Below, in pieces: positions 39,092 through 47,363 of a stretch of DNA of 64,000 nucleotides. Position 1 is the stretch's first letter. Each line of letters opens with the position of its first letter. The stretch spans positions 11,773-75,772 of IMG/VR virus record IMGVR_UViG_3300029288_000148. The stretch is one strand, 5' to 3'. The DNA is from a virus. Taxonomy: Duplodnaviria > Caudoviricetes. The notes beneath the pieces were generated by a model, which did not search any database, was not told the origin of the DNA, and worked only from the letters and a program-made list of their open reading frames with translations. Both the position numbers and the translations under genes were made by a program.

Positions 39092-39816
39092 AAAGTCATC
39101 ATTTTTTGTTTAATATAGTCGGGTAGTCCTGTTTCGGCTAATTTTTTATCTGTGTTTTTGAATGGAGGTTTTATAGTCTTGTAATATTCGATGCGCCCTT
39201 TTGAGATTTGATTATAACCATCTGTCTCAATGGCATCTTCAAATAAAATATCCAAATGTTTTATTATTGCTTTTGGTTTTTGAGACAGGATAACGCTCAT
39301 CAAATGATTATCGATAAAACGCTCAAGATTGCTTTCCGGGATCTTCCTGGCAAACTCAGACTTAAAAGCCATAGAAAGGTTTGTTCTTTGTTTTGCGTCA
39401 TATAAAATCATTTTTTTTAATGCAAAACTATAAAAGTAACCCTTGCATATATCTACCCAATCAGCTCCTTGTATTATGGCATTATGGTTGGTTGATAGTC
39501 TTTTTGATGAGGGATAAACATCTGCTGCTTGAAGTAAAAATGAAATACTATGACTATCTATTGCCCTGCCCATAATATGCCATTTTTGCGATAATGGCAC
39601 CCAATCCTCCAATCCTATGTAAGTTATTTTTCTGCACCTTGGCAATCGGTCAAAATAATCATAAAAAAACTTTGGTCCTAATTGGTTTTTATGCCGCTCC
39701 TCACAAATAATTAATTCCCACTCATGGTGCACTACCTGGTTGCATAATCCCTCCATTGGAAGCCACGCAATTTCTTTTGCGTTATATACCGGCATTGCTA
39801 CTGACTGGACAATCAT
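39088..39816 (-). CDS. GT-A fold glycosyltransferase-like protein, 242 aa
   Basis: VAMPVYNAK...WELIICEE...LQAADVY. Confidence 0.7.
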   Translation of the reverse strand: MIVQSVAMPVYNAKEIAWLPMEGLCNQVVHHEWELIICEERHKNQLGPKFFYDYFDRLPRCRKITYIGLEDWVPLSQKWHIMGRAIDSHSISFLLQAADVYPSSKRLSTNHNAIIQGADWVDICKGYFYSFALKKMILYDAKQRTNLSMAFKSEFARKIPESNLERFIDNHLMSVILSQKPKAIIKHLDILFEDAIETDGYNQISKGRIEYYKTIKPPFKNTDKKLAETGLPDYIKQKMMTL

Positions 39817-40547
39817 ACTTTTGAATAAAGATATTTTGCATAAAATTCATGAACCTTTCTTTCTACTTCCGTCCCCGTTAGCCCCAACACCAGTCCGCCC
39901 CCAATAATATTGTTTACATCAATAACAAAAGGGTTTCCGTCATAAACCATAAGATCCAGTCCGGCAAAATCAACACCAAACTTATTACACCTGCTAACAA
40001 GGTCCCTTTCCTGCTCAAGTGTAAAAAGGCTTCTTTTGTCAACAATCTCATGCTTTACATATTGCGATGCGAAAGGAGTTGTTTTAAACTGCTTTACAAG
40101 AAGTCCGGCTCCTTCGGCATAGTAATAGCGATAGCTGTAATATAAATCCTTGTCTTTGTTTTCAATAAATACCTGATAAATAAATCCCTCTTTTTTGGGT
40201 GCAGGACATGTTATTATTTTATGCAAATCATGACGAGATTGATAAATAGACTTTTCCACACAAACGCCCTTGTGTAACCTGGGATCTATGGTTAAGTCTC
40301 CAAATATCTCATTTACTCTTTCTTTGCCAATATCCCAACACCCACGATTAATAACATTTTTATCTGTAAGAGTAAAATTATCCGGAATAATATCTTTTTT
40401 TGTATAGCTCCAAAAAATATGAAGATCATATTTTTCTTTTGAGTTATTTGTAAATTTTATGCCATACTCATTACAGATTTGAAATACCCTGCATTTAGGT
40501 AAAAGAGGGTCTGGATAAAATAAAATTTTTAATTCTTTGTTTTTCAT
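39813..40547 (-). CDS. ATP-grasp-fold protein, 244 aa
   Basis: VEKS...H, IYQVFI, FAGLDLM and FVIDVNN (ExN-equivalent) ATP-grasp motifs. Confidence 0.6.
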   Translation of the reverse strand: MKNKELKILFYPDPLLPKCRVFQICNEYGIKFTNNSKEKYDLHIFWSYTKKDIIPDNFTLTDKNVINRGCWDIGKERVNEIFGDLTIDPRLHKGVCVEKSIYQSRHDLHKIITCPAPKKEGFIYQVFIENKDKDLYYSYRYYYAEGAGLLVKQFKTTPFASQYVKHEIVDKRSLFTLEQERDLVSRCNKFGVDFAGLDLMVYDGNPFVIDVNNIIGGGLVLGLTGTEVERKVHEFYAKYLYSKV

Positions 40548-41170
40548 CTGCCTTGCATTTTAAAAACATCCCTCCCTGGCTCCTTAAACTCCCCTTTAAA
40601 AATATGCTTGTCCTTGTTCATACATATCCATTGTTCCGCATGGTATCTCCATGCCTGATCAAGTGTTGAGATTTTTGGAAGGCCGTTTACATACTCTCTG
40701 TTGAACCAAAAGAAGTTTCCGGAATAATGGTCCGGGTTGTGCATAGGATTCACCCCTGATGCTCCATAACCCTTCTCTGCCACATTCTGATAATGTTCTA
40801 ACCATCGATTTAGAATTGCCTCATTGAGCCATTCTCTCCAAACATTAATAACCGTATCGGCAGGTTTTGTCACTGCTTTGGTATGAAAATAAAACCCCAC
40901 ATATTCTGAATTGTCGTTTTCGATCAATTGAATTGTGGGAAACTCGTATTTGGAAATGTCGTGGGAATAATACCTGATCTTTAATTTTGAATAAACATTC
41001 ACAACATGCTTCTCGAGCAAAAACTTTTCCTCTGCTTTACCAAGGCACCCGATGTTTATTTCCTCACAGCGATCATATAAACCGGAGTTTATCATTATCC
41101 TCAACTGCCCCATGAGTATTGAGTACCAGTGGTTGATCAAAAGGCAATGATAAAATCCGACTACTCTCAT
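40544..41170 (-). CDS. Uncharacterised virus-associated glycosyltransferase-like protein, 208 aa
   Basis: YFHTKAV...WREW...HYSGNFFW...AEQWI pattern, which I recognise from viral glycan clusters. Confidence 0.5.
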   Translation of the reverse strand: MRVVGFYHCLLINHWYSILMGQLRIMINSGLYDRCEEINIGCLGKAEEKFLLEKHVVNVYSKLKIRYYSHDISKYEFPTIQLIENDNSEYVGFYFHTKAVTKPADTVINVWREWLNEAILNRWLEHYQNVAEKGYGASGVNPMHNPDHYSGNFFWFNREYVNGLPKISTLDQAWRYHAEQWICMNKDKHIFKGEFKEPGRDVFKMQGR

Positions 41171-41805
41171 AAGCTCTTTATTGAAATTGGCGCCTCTCCG
41201 TCCTGCAACTTCTTTGCAATATCCTCCGGGCGCAACTGTAACCTTTCGTTCTCCATGTAGCGAAGTATCTCATCTTTAAGTAAAGAATTTGTATCCTGGT
41301 TTAAGAGTTCTATCAGGTTGTCTTCCAGTTCATCCTTTAATTCCCTGGCTTTTGTTATGTTCTTTGTGTCGCCGCCAAGGATCTCGAGCATTAGGTTGTA
41401 ATAGGCTGCCTCTACGGTTATTTGGTACGAAAATTTGTATGAGCGGTGTAGCCTTACAAACTCAACAATTTTCATATTCACAACCCTGTTTCGGCCTTTT
41501 AAAAAATCTTCCACTGGATCTGTGAACACTCCACCACCTATATCTTCAAAACCTACATCATGTGCTGCTTCGACTTTCCTTTTGAGAATATCAGTGAATT
41601 TTTTCCGATAAGGAGATTGTTTGTCGTAAACACAGAATATCCATTTAAGGAGTTTGTTGTTTGCAATCCCTTCGCCTGGATCGAGTTTAAAAGCCCTGAT
41701 CTTTCCAAGGTCTTTATAAACCTTCAAAATATTTTCTCCATCCGGGACCCGTATTGGGTTGAATAGCATTGACTGAAACTCCTTATCTGAAAATTGAGTT
41801 TTCAT
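41167..41805 (-). CDS. Hypothetical helical protein, possibly terminase small subunit, 212 aa
   Basis: Mostly helical with coiled-coil C-terminus; upstream of terL once the GT cluster is discounted. Confidence 0.4.
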   Translation of the reverse strand: MKTQFSDKEFQSMLFNPIRVPDGENILKVYKDLGKIRAFKLDPGEGIANNKLLKWIFCVYDKQSPYRKKFTDILKRKVEAAHDVGFEDIGGGVFTDPVEDFLKGRNRVVNMKIVEFVRLHRSYKFSYQITVEAAYYNLMLEILGGDTKNITKARELKDELEDNLIELLNQDTNSLLKDEILRYMENERLQLRPEDIAKKLQDGEAPISIKSL

Positions 41806-42068
41806 CCTCTTTCGTCATTCTGTATTTCCCGAAACAATTCTTCTTCCTTTTCCGATAATCCCTCTGGGGGATCGTATTCTTTCTTTAGTCGCTCATAACA
41901 TTTCTCCTCCCAGCCCGGGTGAATATCTTCTTCTTCGTAAAGATAATATTCAAGCTCAAATTTTCTACCACATCCCGGACAGCCTGTTTTATTAAGCGTT
42001 TGTAGTTCGTCTTTTGTCCATGCACTTCCACATGAGGGACAGCTAAATTCATAAGGTTTCAATTTCAT
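41802..42068 (-). CDS. Zinc-ribbon protein
   Basis: CPSC...CPGC; start moved to MKLKP at 42068 (ATGA overlap). Confidence 0.6.
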   Translation of the reverse strand: MKLKPYEFSCPSCGSAWTKDELQTLNKTGCPGCGRKFELEYYLYEEEDIHPGWEEKCYERLKKEYDPPEGLSEKEEELFREIQNDERG

Positions 42069-42772
42069 GATTTTAATACTGCTAAAATGTTTTTGCGCTG
42101 TATTCTCCAAAACTTTTTGCCGCCATCGGCCTTTTGATGGAGTTCATATTCGAGCGGAATATCGGTAATTCTTCTTGTAACAACAATATCCCCTATCTCT
42201 ACGTTCACTCCCCTGTCAGAATACTTATCGACATATTCCTCAACCGGTTTTCCGATATGACGTACAATGCCATAATTGACATCAGTATTTGAAAAACTTT
42301 TTAGTTTTACTGGTTCAAGACCCGCTTTCCCAAGTTTCTCTTTTAATGCCAGCCAATCCGGATCCTCTGATGGTTCTACCAAAAGATAGCCGTTAATAGG
42401 AAATAATTTCCCATCCCGTATTGCTGCAAAAATGTACTGGTATTTGATAAAGATATACCGTGCATTTCCCTCAACAATAGCATTGAATGTTTCTTTTCGG
42501 AAAGCATTGGCTACGGCAAGATAATAGATAAACACTTTATCGCCTATCTTTAATTCCATATCTGTTTTCCAAGGCATCCCGATATTTGGCTTCCCTGAAT
42601 AATGAAGTTTTGATGGCAGTGCCATGACTTCCCCGATGATGGTCACATGCTTTTCTACCTCGTAGGTCGTGTCTATGTAAAGCTCCAATCCGCTTTTCAG
42701 ACGCACAGAGTTGTTCTCTGGGTCAAGCTTTATTAGTACGTTGTTGCCGTGGGTTTTGCCTTCTGTTTTCAT
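42065..42772 (-). CDS. GroES/Cpn10-like co-chaperonin (tandem-domain), 235 aa
   Basis: HGNNVLIKLD...KSGLELY...GEVMALP...LKIGDKVF, then a second PINGYLLVEP...GIVRHIG...VEIGDIV repeat. Confidence 0.65.
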   Translation of the reverse strand: MKTEGKTHGNNVLIKLDPENNSVRLKSGLELYIDTTYEVEKHVTIIGEVMALPSKLHYSGKPNIGMPWKTDMELKIGDKVFIYYLAVANAFRKETFNAIVEGNARYIFIKYQYIFAAIRDGKLFPINGYLLVEPSEDPDWLALKEKLGKAGLEPVKLKSFSNTDVNYGIVRHIGKPVEEYVDKYSDRGVNVEIGDIVVTRRITDIPLEYELHQKADGGKKFWRIQRKNILAVLKS

Positions 42773-43067
42773 AGTCTTTATTCCAAATCGCTACTACCTT
42801 ACCGTTAATATCTTGAAAAATAACCTGCTTTTTCTTTTGTAATGTCTCAAACCGTTTACTCATTGCCCGCTTATCTTTCCGGGACAGAGCATTAAACGCC
42901 TGCAGCTCCGATTTGCGAAGGCTTATTGGTTGCCCCTTATAATTGATCGTAATATACTCATCAACTACTGCTATTGCCTTAACTGGTTCGGGTTTTGATA
43001 TTGGCCTCCGCAAAAGCCAATACCAAATTGCCCGAATAACTTTTTTTAGGTAAGTTAAAATCATCAC
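42723..43067 (-). CDS. Hypothetical protein, 114 aa
   Basis: ORF coupled to neighbours. Confidence 0.5.
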   Translation of the reverse strand: MMILTYLKKVIRAIWYWLLRRPISKPEPVKAIAVVDEYITINYKGQPISLRKSELQAFNALSRKDKRAMSKRFETLQKKKQVIFQDINGKVVAIWNKDYENRRQNPRQQRTNKA

Positions 43068-43441
43068 CTGCCGAAAAATGCTTTTAACTTCTTTTCCTGG
43101 GCGTGGAGCTCGTCATTAAGATCCTTCAACTCCTTGGTGCCCTCTGCCTGGACTTTTGGATCAGAACTCCTTTTCTTTGCCCTGATAACCCTCATGCGAT
43201 CCCCGATCTCCTGCAAGGTAAGTATGCCTTCAGGTTTTTTTGGTGCGGCTGCCGGCGGCGCAACAACTTCTTCTTCTTTCTGAGGAAGCGGTTCTTCTTC
43301 AAAATCTACGTCAGTAATTTCCGAATCCATGTCCGGAGTTGGAATTTCTTCTGTCGGGGGAACTTCTTGGGAAATTTCTTCATCGATCATTTCTCTCGAA
43401 ACTTCCTCAATGGTCAGCTTTTTGCTTTTTCTTTTTGCCAT
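43064..43441 (-). CDS. Hypothetical acidic/coiled-coil protein, 125 aa
   Basis: ORF coupled to neighbours. Confidence 0.55.
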   Translation of the reverse strand: MAKRKSKKLTIEEVSREMIDEEISQEVPPTEEIPTPDMDSEITDVDFEEEPLPQKEEEVVAPPAAAPKKPEGILTLQEIGDRMRVIRAKKRSSDPKVQAEGTKELKDLNDELHAQEKKLKAFFGR

Positions 43442-43447
43442 GACTAA

Positions 43448-43618
43448 TTAAGTTTTAAAAAAACGTGTTGTAAATTTATGAATTTTATCTGAAAGAGGAT
43501 AGCCCCCCACTTTCGTGAGGGACCTCTCCTTGCCATGAAAACAAGAAAGCAGATTACCGTCGGCATCGGTATTGACACCAAAGGTACGCTTTTCTGTATT
43601 ATAATATTTCTTCATCAT
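43448..43618 (-). CDS. Hypothetical protein, 56 aa
   Basis: Likely start MMKKYY at 43618, overlapping the end of the initiator gene. Confidence 0.4.
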   Translation of the reverse strand: MMKKYYNTEKRTFGVNTDADGNLLSCFHGKERSLTKVGGYPLSDKIHKFTTRFFKT

Positions 43619-44609
43619 CCTGATTGTACTTTTTATTTTTAGCTTTTGCTTTTTCTTGGGCAGCCCATACTTCAAAACTTGGTAATTCCAAATTTTTTAT
43701 CTCTGCTCTCCTTTCTTGATCAGCCATATCCCATTCATATAACTCCTTTGCCCTTTTCTCACCTTCTTCCCAGTCTGCTTTTGCTTCTTCCCATGTCCGA
43801 TGCCTTCTTCGGAATGGCTCATCAGGGTATTTTTCTATTTGTTCCTGATTATATAGGTTTGCTAATTCTATCCATCTCTGCATTTCGGGATCAATAGGTT
43901 CAATAGGTTTAATATTCTTATTATCCCTTTCTTCAGGATTTGGATTTGGATTTGGATTTATAGTTTCTGGTGGTATTAATTGAATTTCTGGTTCAGTTAT
44001 TTTTTTCTCTTTTTCTTTTTCTTTTTCTTCTTTATTTACTTTACTTTGTGTAATTTCTGTTCCAGAAATGCCACTTTCTGTGTCTATAATATCATTTTCT
44101 GTGTCAGTAATACTATTTTCTGTATCTATAATATTATTTTTAATATGTTTAATTTCTGGGACAGAAATACTATTTCCGGCGTCAATAATTCCATTCTTGG
44201 TATATTTATTCCGAATCCTTAAATTTAATGAATCACATATTTCAATAAAATTTAATGGCATCCTATTCCTTTTTAGGTAAGCATATTTTATCCCTTTAAT
44301 AAAATTAAGAGACCAAATAATTTTATTTTCCCATAATTCAGGATGAATAGAATCTAACTCCGCAAGTGTATTATAAATTTCCTGCAATTCACTTTCTGGA
44401 AGTTTCATATAAGCGGAAAGATATTGCCAATCCTCTTTCTTTCGGCAGTCAATAAAATGGTTGTCGCTTTTACCTAACAACTCGAGGGTTTTAAACCATA
44501 CAGCATATCCTTTAAATGGATGCTTTGTTTCCAGTACAAATAAAGATTTGCCATGTTCGCATTGGTGTGGAAAATAATCCACTACATTTTTTTTAGGACG
44601 ACCAGCCAT
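43599..44609 (-). CDS. Phage replication initiator / replisome organiser (DUF4373, Lin1244/Lin1753-like N-domain), 336 aa
   Basis: GRPKKNVVDYFPH...KGYAVWFKTLELL N-terminus, central repeats and KEEKEKEK linker typical of lambdoid initiators. Confidence 0.8.
   Translation of the reverse strand: MAGRPKKNVVDYFPHQCEHGKSLFVLETKHPFKGYAVWFKTLELLGKSDNHFIDCRKKEDWQYLSAYMKLPESELQEIYNTLAELDSIHPELWENKIIWSLNFIKGIKYAYLKRNRMPLNFIEICDSLNLRIRNKYTKNGIIDAGNSISVPEIKHIKNNIIDTENSITDTENDIIDTESGISGTEITQSKVNKEEKEKEKEKKITEPEIQLIPPETINPNPNPNPEERDNKNIKPIEPIDPEMQRWIELANLYNQEQIEKYPDEPFRRRHRTWEEAKADWEEGEKRAKELYEWDMADQERRAEIKNLELPSFEVWAAQEKAKAKNKKYNQDDEEIL
44053..44190. repeat. Iteron-like repeats (putative replication origin inside the initiator gene)
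   Basis: TTTCTG-N3-C(A/T)(G/A)(A/T)AAT units at 44054, 44075, 44096 and 44117 (21-bp period) and at 44153. The first and last are perfect ATTTCTG-N3-CAGAAAT palindromes; a pyrimidine tract lies at ~43996-44045. Confidence 0.65.
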
Positions 44610-44623
44610 AACTAAAATATAAA

Positions 44624-44742
44624 TGCCTCCGGGTTAAAAGAGAAAACCACATTGGGAACACGTGACTGAACCTTTGTGGTTTTTCTTTGCCCGGAGGCAA
44701 TATTTTTAATATAAGATATGTTACTTTCATGCGTCACGTGTT
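44624..44742 (-). ncRNA. Structured 5' leader of the initiator gene
   Basis: TGCCTCCGGG/CCCGGAGGCA outer stem and AGAAAACCACA/TGTGGTTTTTCT inner stem; loop 10-mer (44657-44666) complementary to 44733-44742. Confidence 0.55.
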
Positions 44743-44750
44743 TTACCCTG

Positions 44751-44781
44751 CAAACATAAAACTTATTTTTAATATTTCAAA
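44751..44781 (-). promoter_or_regulatory. Bacteroidota primary-sigma promoter for the initiator
   Basis: TTTG (44781-44778) - 19 nt - TATGTTTG (44758-44751). Confidence 0.7.
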
Positions 44782-44893
44782 AAAAGATCCCTCCAATAGA
44801 AGCCAGGAACGATTGATTGAGCTACTTTTGTGAAAAAGAGTGAAGTCATCAACCCGGTGGTTTCCTGGTAATTTAAAGAACGCCAGAGGGATC
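44778..44893 (-). terminator. Long multi-stem hairpin with U-tail downstream of DUF6734
   Basis: GATCCCTC/GAGGGATC closing stem, inner CCAGGAA/TTCCTGG, then TTTTTTTG on the minus strand. Confidence 0.45.
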
Positions 44894-44904
44894 ATTTTTA
44901 AAAC

Positions 44905-45768
44905 TTATGGTATTTTGTTTTTCTTCAGGAACGCCGTAACTCTTTTGTGAAGGTCCTCATCTTCCCGGTACAGCCTCATAAACACCCGGGACATCCAATT
45001 GCCTCCCTTTTTTGTCGTGCCCCACAAATGCGTGTATTTGATCTTCTTGTCGATCTCCATGGCATCTTCGGCAAGCACCTGTACCTTATTCCTCATGCCG
45101 TGCATTTTAATAAGGCTGGCGGCAAAGTATTGTTCGTGGAATAGGTTTTGATGGATCAGCACATTTGCGTACTCCTGATAGAAAAGAAGCTGGTTCTCTT
45201 CGGCAAATATGTATTCCTCACTACACTCTTTCCATTCATGAAAAAAGTCAAGGTTATGCCCTCCGCAAATGCCACAGTTATACGCGAAGTCAGTGACCTC
45301 GTTATCTACGATCTTTTGGGGTTTAATGGGAGCAGCCGCAAAGCATGGCCGGAGCATGTCGTAATACTTATAGCCCTCCACATTCATTGGTTCGTGGCTC
45401 TGGAAGCATAGTTCGGCATTGAGGATACGCTTGGGAAACTTTTGCCAAAGAAACACATCATTGTCCAGGTGGATAAATGGTTCTGTTTGTTCGCAATATG
45501 CCATAAGCTTGCCGTATGCCCAAAAGAACCGTGACACATCTTTCATGTCGTTCATCTTATTGGAATAGCTTGTTATTGGCAGTTTGAGCTTCTTAAACAT
45601 TTCGATAAAGAAGTCATTTGCCACCATCTCCACTTTTGGGAACTGTCGTGAGGCGCACAGCACAGACAGTGCCGTGGTATAGAGAAAGTCACTGTAGCGG
45701 AAGAACCCGCATTTATTGTCGAAATTATTTTCCGGATTGAAATACGAAAACACTGCTTTTTGTATCAT
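44905..45768 (-). CDS. DUF6734-family protein (glycosyltransferase-like), 287 aa
   Basis: WAYGKLMAYCEQTEPFIHLDNDVFLW, NCGICGG and EQY...YTHLWG motifs. Confidence 0.75.
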   Translation of the reverse strand: MIQKAVFSYFNPENNFDNKCGFFRYSDFLYTTALSVLCASRQFPKVEMVANDFFIEMFKKLKLPITSYSNKMNDMKDVSRFFWAYGKLMAYCEQTEPFIHLDNDVFLWQKFPKRILNAELCFQSHEPMNVEGYKYYDMLRPCFAAAPIKPQKIVDNEVTDFAYNCGICGGHNLDFFHEWKECSEEYIFAEENQLLFYQEYANVLIHQNLFHEQYFAASLIKMHGMRNKVQVLAEDAMEIDKKIKYTHLWGTTKKGGNWMSRVFMRLYREDEDLHKRVTAFLKKNKIP

Positions 45769-45798
45769 GTCTATTTTTTAATAATTGCCGATTATTAA

Positions 45799-45847
45799 TA
45801 AAAAAGGGGCAGGGGTGTGTTTGGAAGCACTCGTTGATCCCCTGCCC
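45799..45847 (-). terminator. Intrinsic terminator-like hairpin between the small-protein genes and DUF6734
   Basis: GGGCAGGGG/CCCCTGCCC 9-bp stem, 23-nt loop, T-run on the minus strand. Confidence 0.65.
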
Positions 45848-45910
45848 AATTGGGGAGCCTGATTCAAATTTGTGAAAGTCACTAAAAGGTCTGCCTGATC
45901 TACTACTGTC

Positions 45911-46156
45911 TTATACAAACTTTCCCCCAATAACATCGCCAAGATAATATCCGGTTGTGTCTGCGTATCCTGAACACAGGATAGCTTTTGCCGTTTCATA
46001 TCTCCAGCGCCATTCATTGCGGTCAATGACCTGGGTTACGCATTTGTGGATGTTGTGATACTGATCACGATCCTGCCACCCTTCCGGCTCGTGGTTTACT
46101 TTCTCTACCACAAAGCAGTTAAGGTCAACTTTCGACTGAACATAAATTGTTGCCAT
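45911..46156 (-). CDS. Small protein, 81 aa, paralog A with conserved C-terminus
   Basis: Ends WRWRYETAKAILCSGYADTTGYYLGDVIGGKFV. Confidence 0.75.
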   Translation of the reverse strand: MATIYVQSKVDLNCFVVEKVNHEPEGWQDRDQYHNIHKCVTQVIDRNEWRWRYETAKAILCSGYADTTGYYLGDVIGGKFV

Positions 46157-46189
46157 TTTTCTTTATTTTGTTTTTTTTAGTTTTTATTA

Positions 46190-46399
46190 TTAAAAAGGAA
46201 ATTCTGTTCCATATTGCATTAACAGAAATCCAAGGTACACATAAAAGTTCAATTCATCCGGCGACACCATGTCATACCGACTTTGCCCTGAAAGAGTGAA
46301 TGTAGTTTGTTTTCTTTCCTTATGACTACCTTCAGGATCAATTTCACTGGCCTGAACATGGACTTTGATCCTTGATCTTACATATCGTGTGACTGCCAT
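46190..46399 (-). CDS. Small protein, 69 aa
   Basis: MAVTRYV start resembles its neighbours; different C-terminus. Confidence 0.6.
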   Translation of the reverse strand: MAVTRYVRSRIKVHVQASEIDPEGSHKERKQTTFTLSGQSRYDMVSPDELNFYVYLGFLLMQYGTEFPF

Positions 46400-46417
46400 A
46401 GCGTAAGTTTTAAAAGG

Positions 46418-46675
46418 TTATACAAACTTACCACCAATAACGTCGCCCAGGTAATAGCCTGTGGTATCAGCATAGCCACCGCAAAGAATTGCAATAGCCG
46501 TTTCCCATCTCCACCGCCAATCATTATAGTCCATATTGATCGGCCTGCAGTGATGTTTCTGCACCCACTGTTCTTCCCTTTCCTCAACACCCCTCCGTGT
46601 TTGTGGATCTGTCTTGTCGTTCTCAGTCATCACTAATGCTTTGAGATCAACGTATGCTCTGCAATTTACTGCCAT
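46418..46675 (-). CDS. Small protein, 85 aa, paralog B with conserved C-terminus
   Basis: Ends WRWRWETAIAILCGGYADTTGYYLGDVIGGKFV. Confidence 0.75.
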   Translation of the reverse strand: MAVNCRAYVDLKALVMTENDKTDPQTRRGVEEREEQWVQKHHCRPINMDYNDWRWRWETAIAILCGGYADTTGYYLGDVIGGKFV

Positions 46676-46687
46676 GATTTTCTGAGT

Positions 46688-47275
46688 TTAGATGGTTGGA
46701 GGAATTTCAATGTGTTTGATAATACCAAACGAAATGTTTGTACCATCATCACCGTATGGCATGATATACACATTCACATTGAATGGCATGCCAGAAACAT
46801 CAAGTGCAAGATTTATTTTCTCATCATCAGCACTTGTTACCGGAGATTCATCTGCTGCGAGAACAAATGAGGTGCCAAAGGTTCTGTCATAAGCAAAAAT
46901 AAATCCGCAAGTAGTTGCAACATTATTGCTTCTGACCTTTGCGGACATATTCAATATAGAGTTGGCTTCATCAAAAAGAAGATCCCCCATCCATACTTCT
47001 ACAGGTTCTTCTTCAGCAAGTCGCCACCCCCTTGTAATCACAAGTGCAGAATCCTCTACCCTTGCTAAGTATTCCGGTAAAAGAAGCTCCATCACTGGCG
47101 CATCTTTCACCCATTTTTCCTGTGCACGATCTCTGCCGGGCCGCCTTTGGAGAGCACCTTTGTTGTAGTCCCAGGTGATTTCCTGTTCAAGCGAACTGTG
47201 CCGGCTCTTGACTCGTACATTGCGAAGGATATAATTGTTCGTTATACCCTGTCGTCCAAGTTCAATTCTGGGCAT
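46688..47275 (-). CDS. Hypothetical protein with beta-sandwich (FN3-like) C-terminus, 195 aa
   Basis: TTCGFIFAY...NVNVYIMPYG...ISFG pattern; first gene of the small-protein run. Confidence 0.55.
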   Translation of the reverse strand: MPRIELGRQGITNNYILRNVRVKSRHSSLEQEITWDYNKGALQRRPGRDRAQEKWVKDAPVMELLLPEYLARVEDSALVITRGWRLAEEEPVEVWMGDLLFDEANSILNMSAKVRSNNVATTCGFIFAYDRTFGTSFVLAADESPVTSADDEKINLALDVSGMPFNVNVYIMPYGDDGTNISFGIIKHIEIPPTI

Positions 47276-47363
47276 TTTTCACTTTTTTTAAATGTTTACA
47301 CTAAAAATTAGAATTGATAAATAAAAGAACTATTGGACAGTAAAGATAAACTTTTTTGATCAA

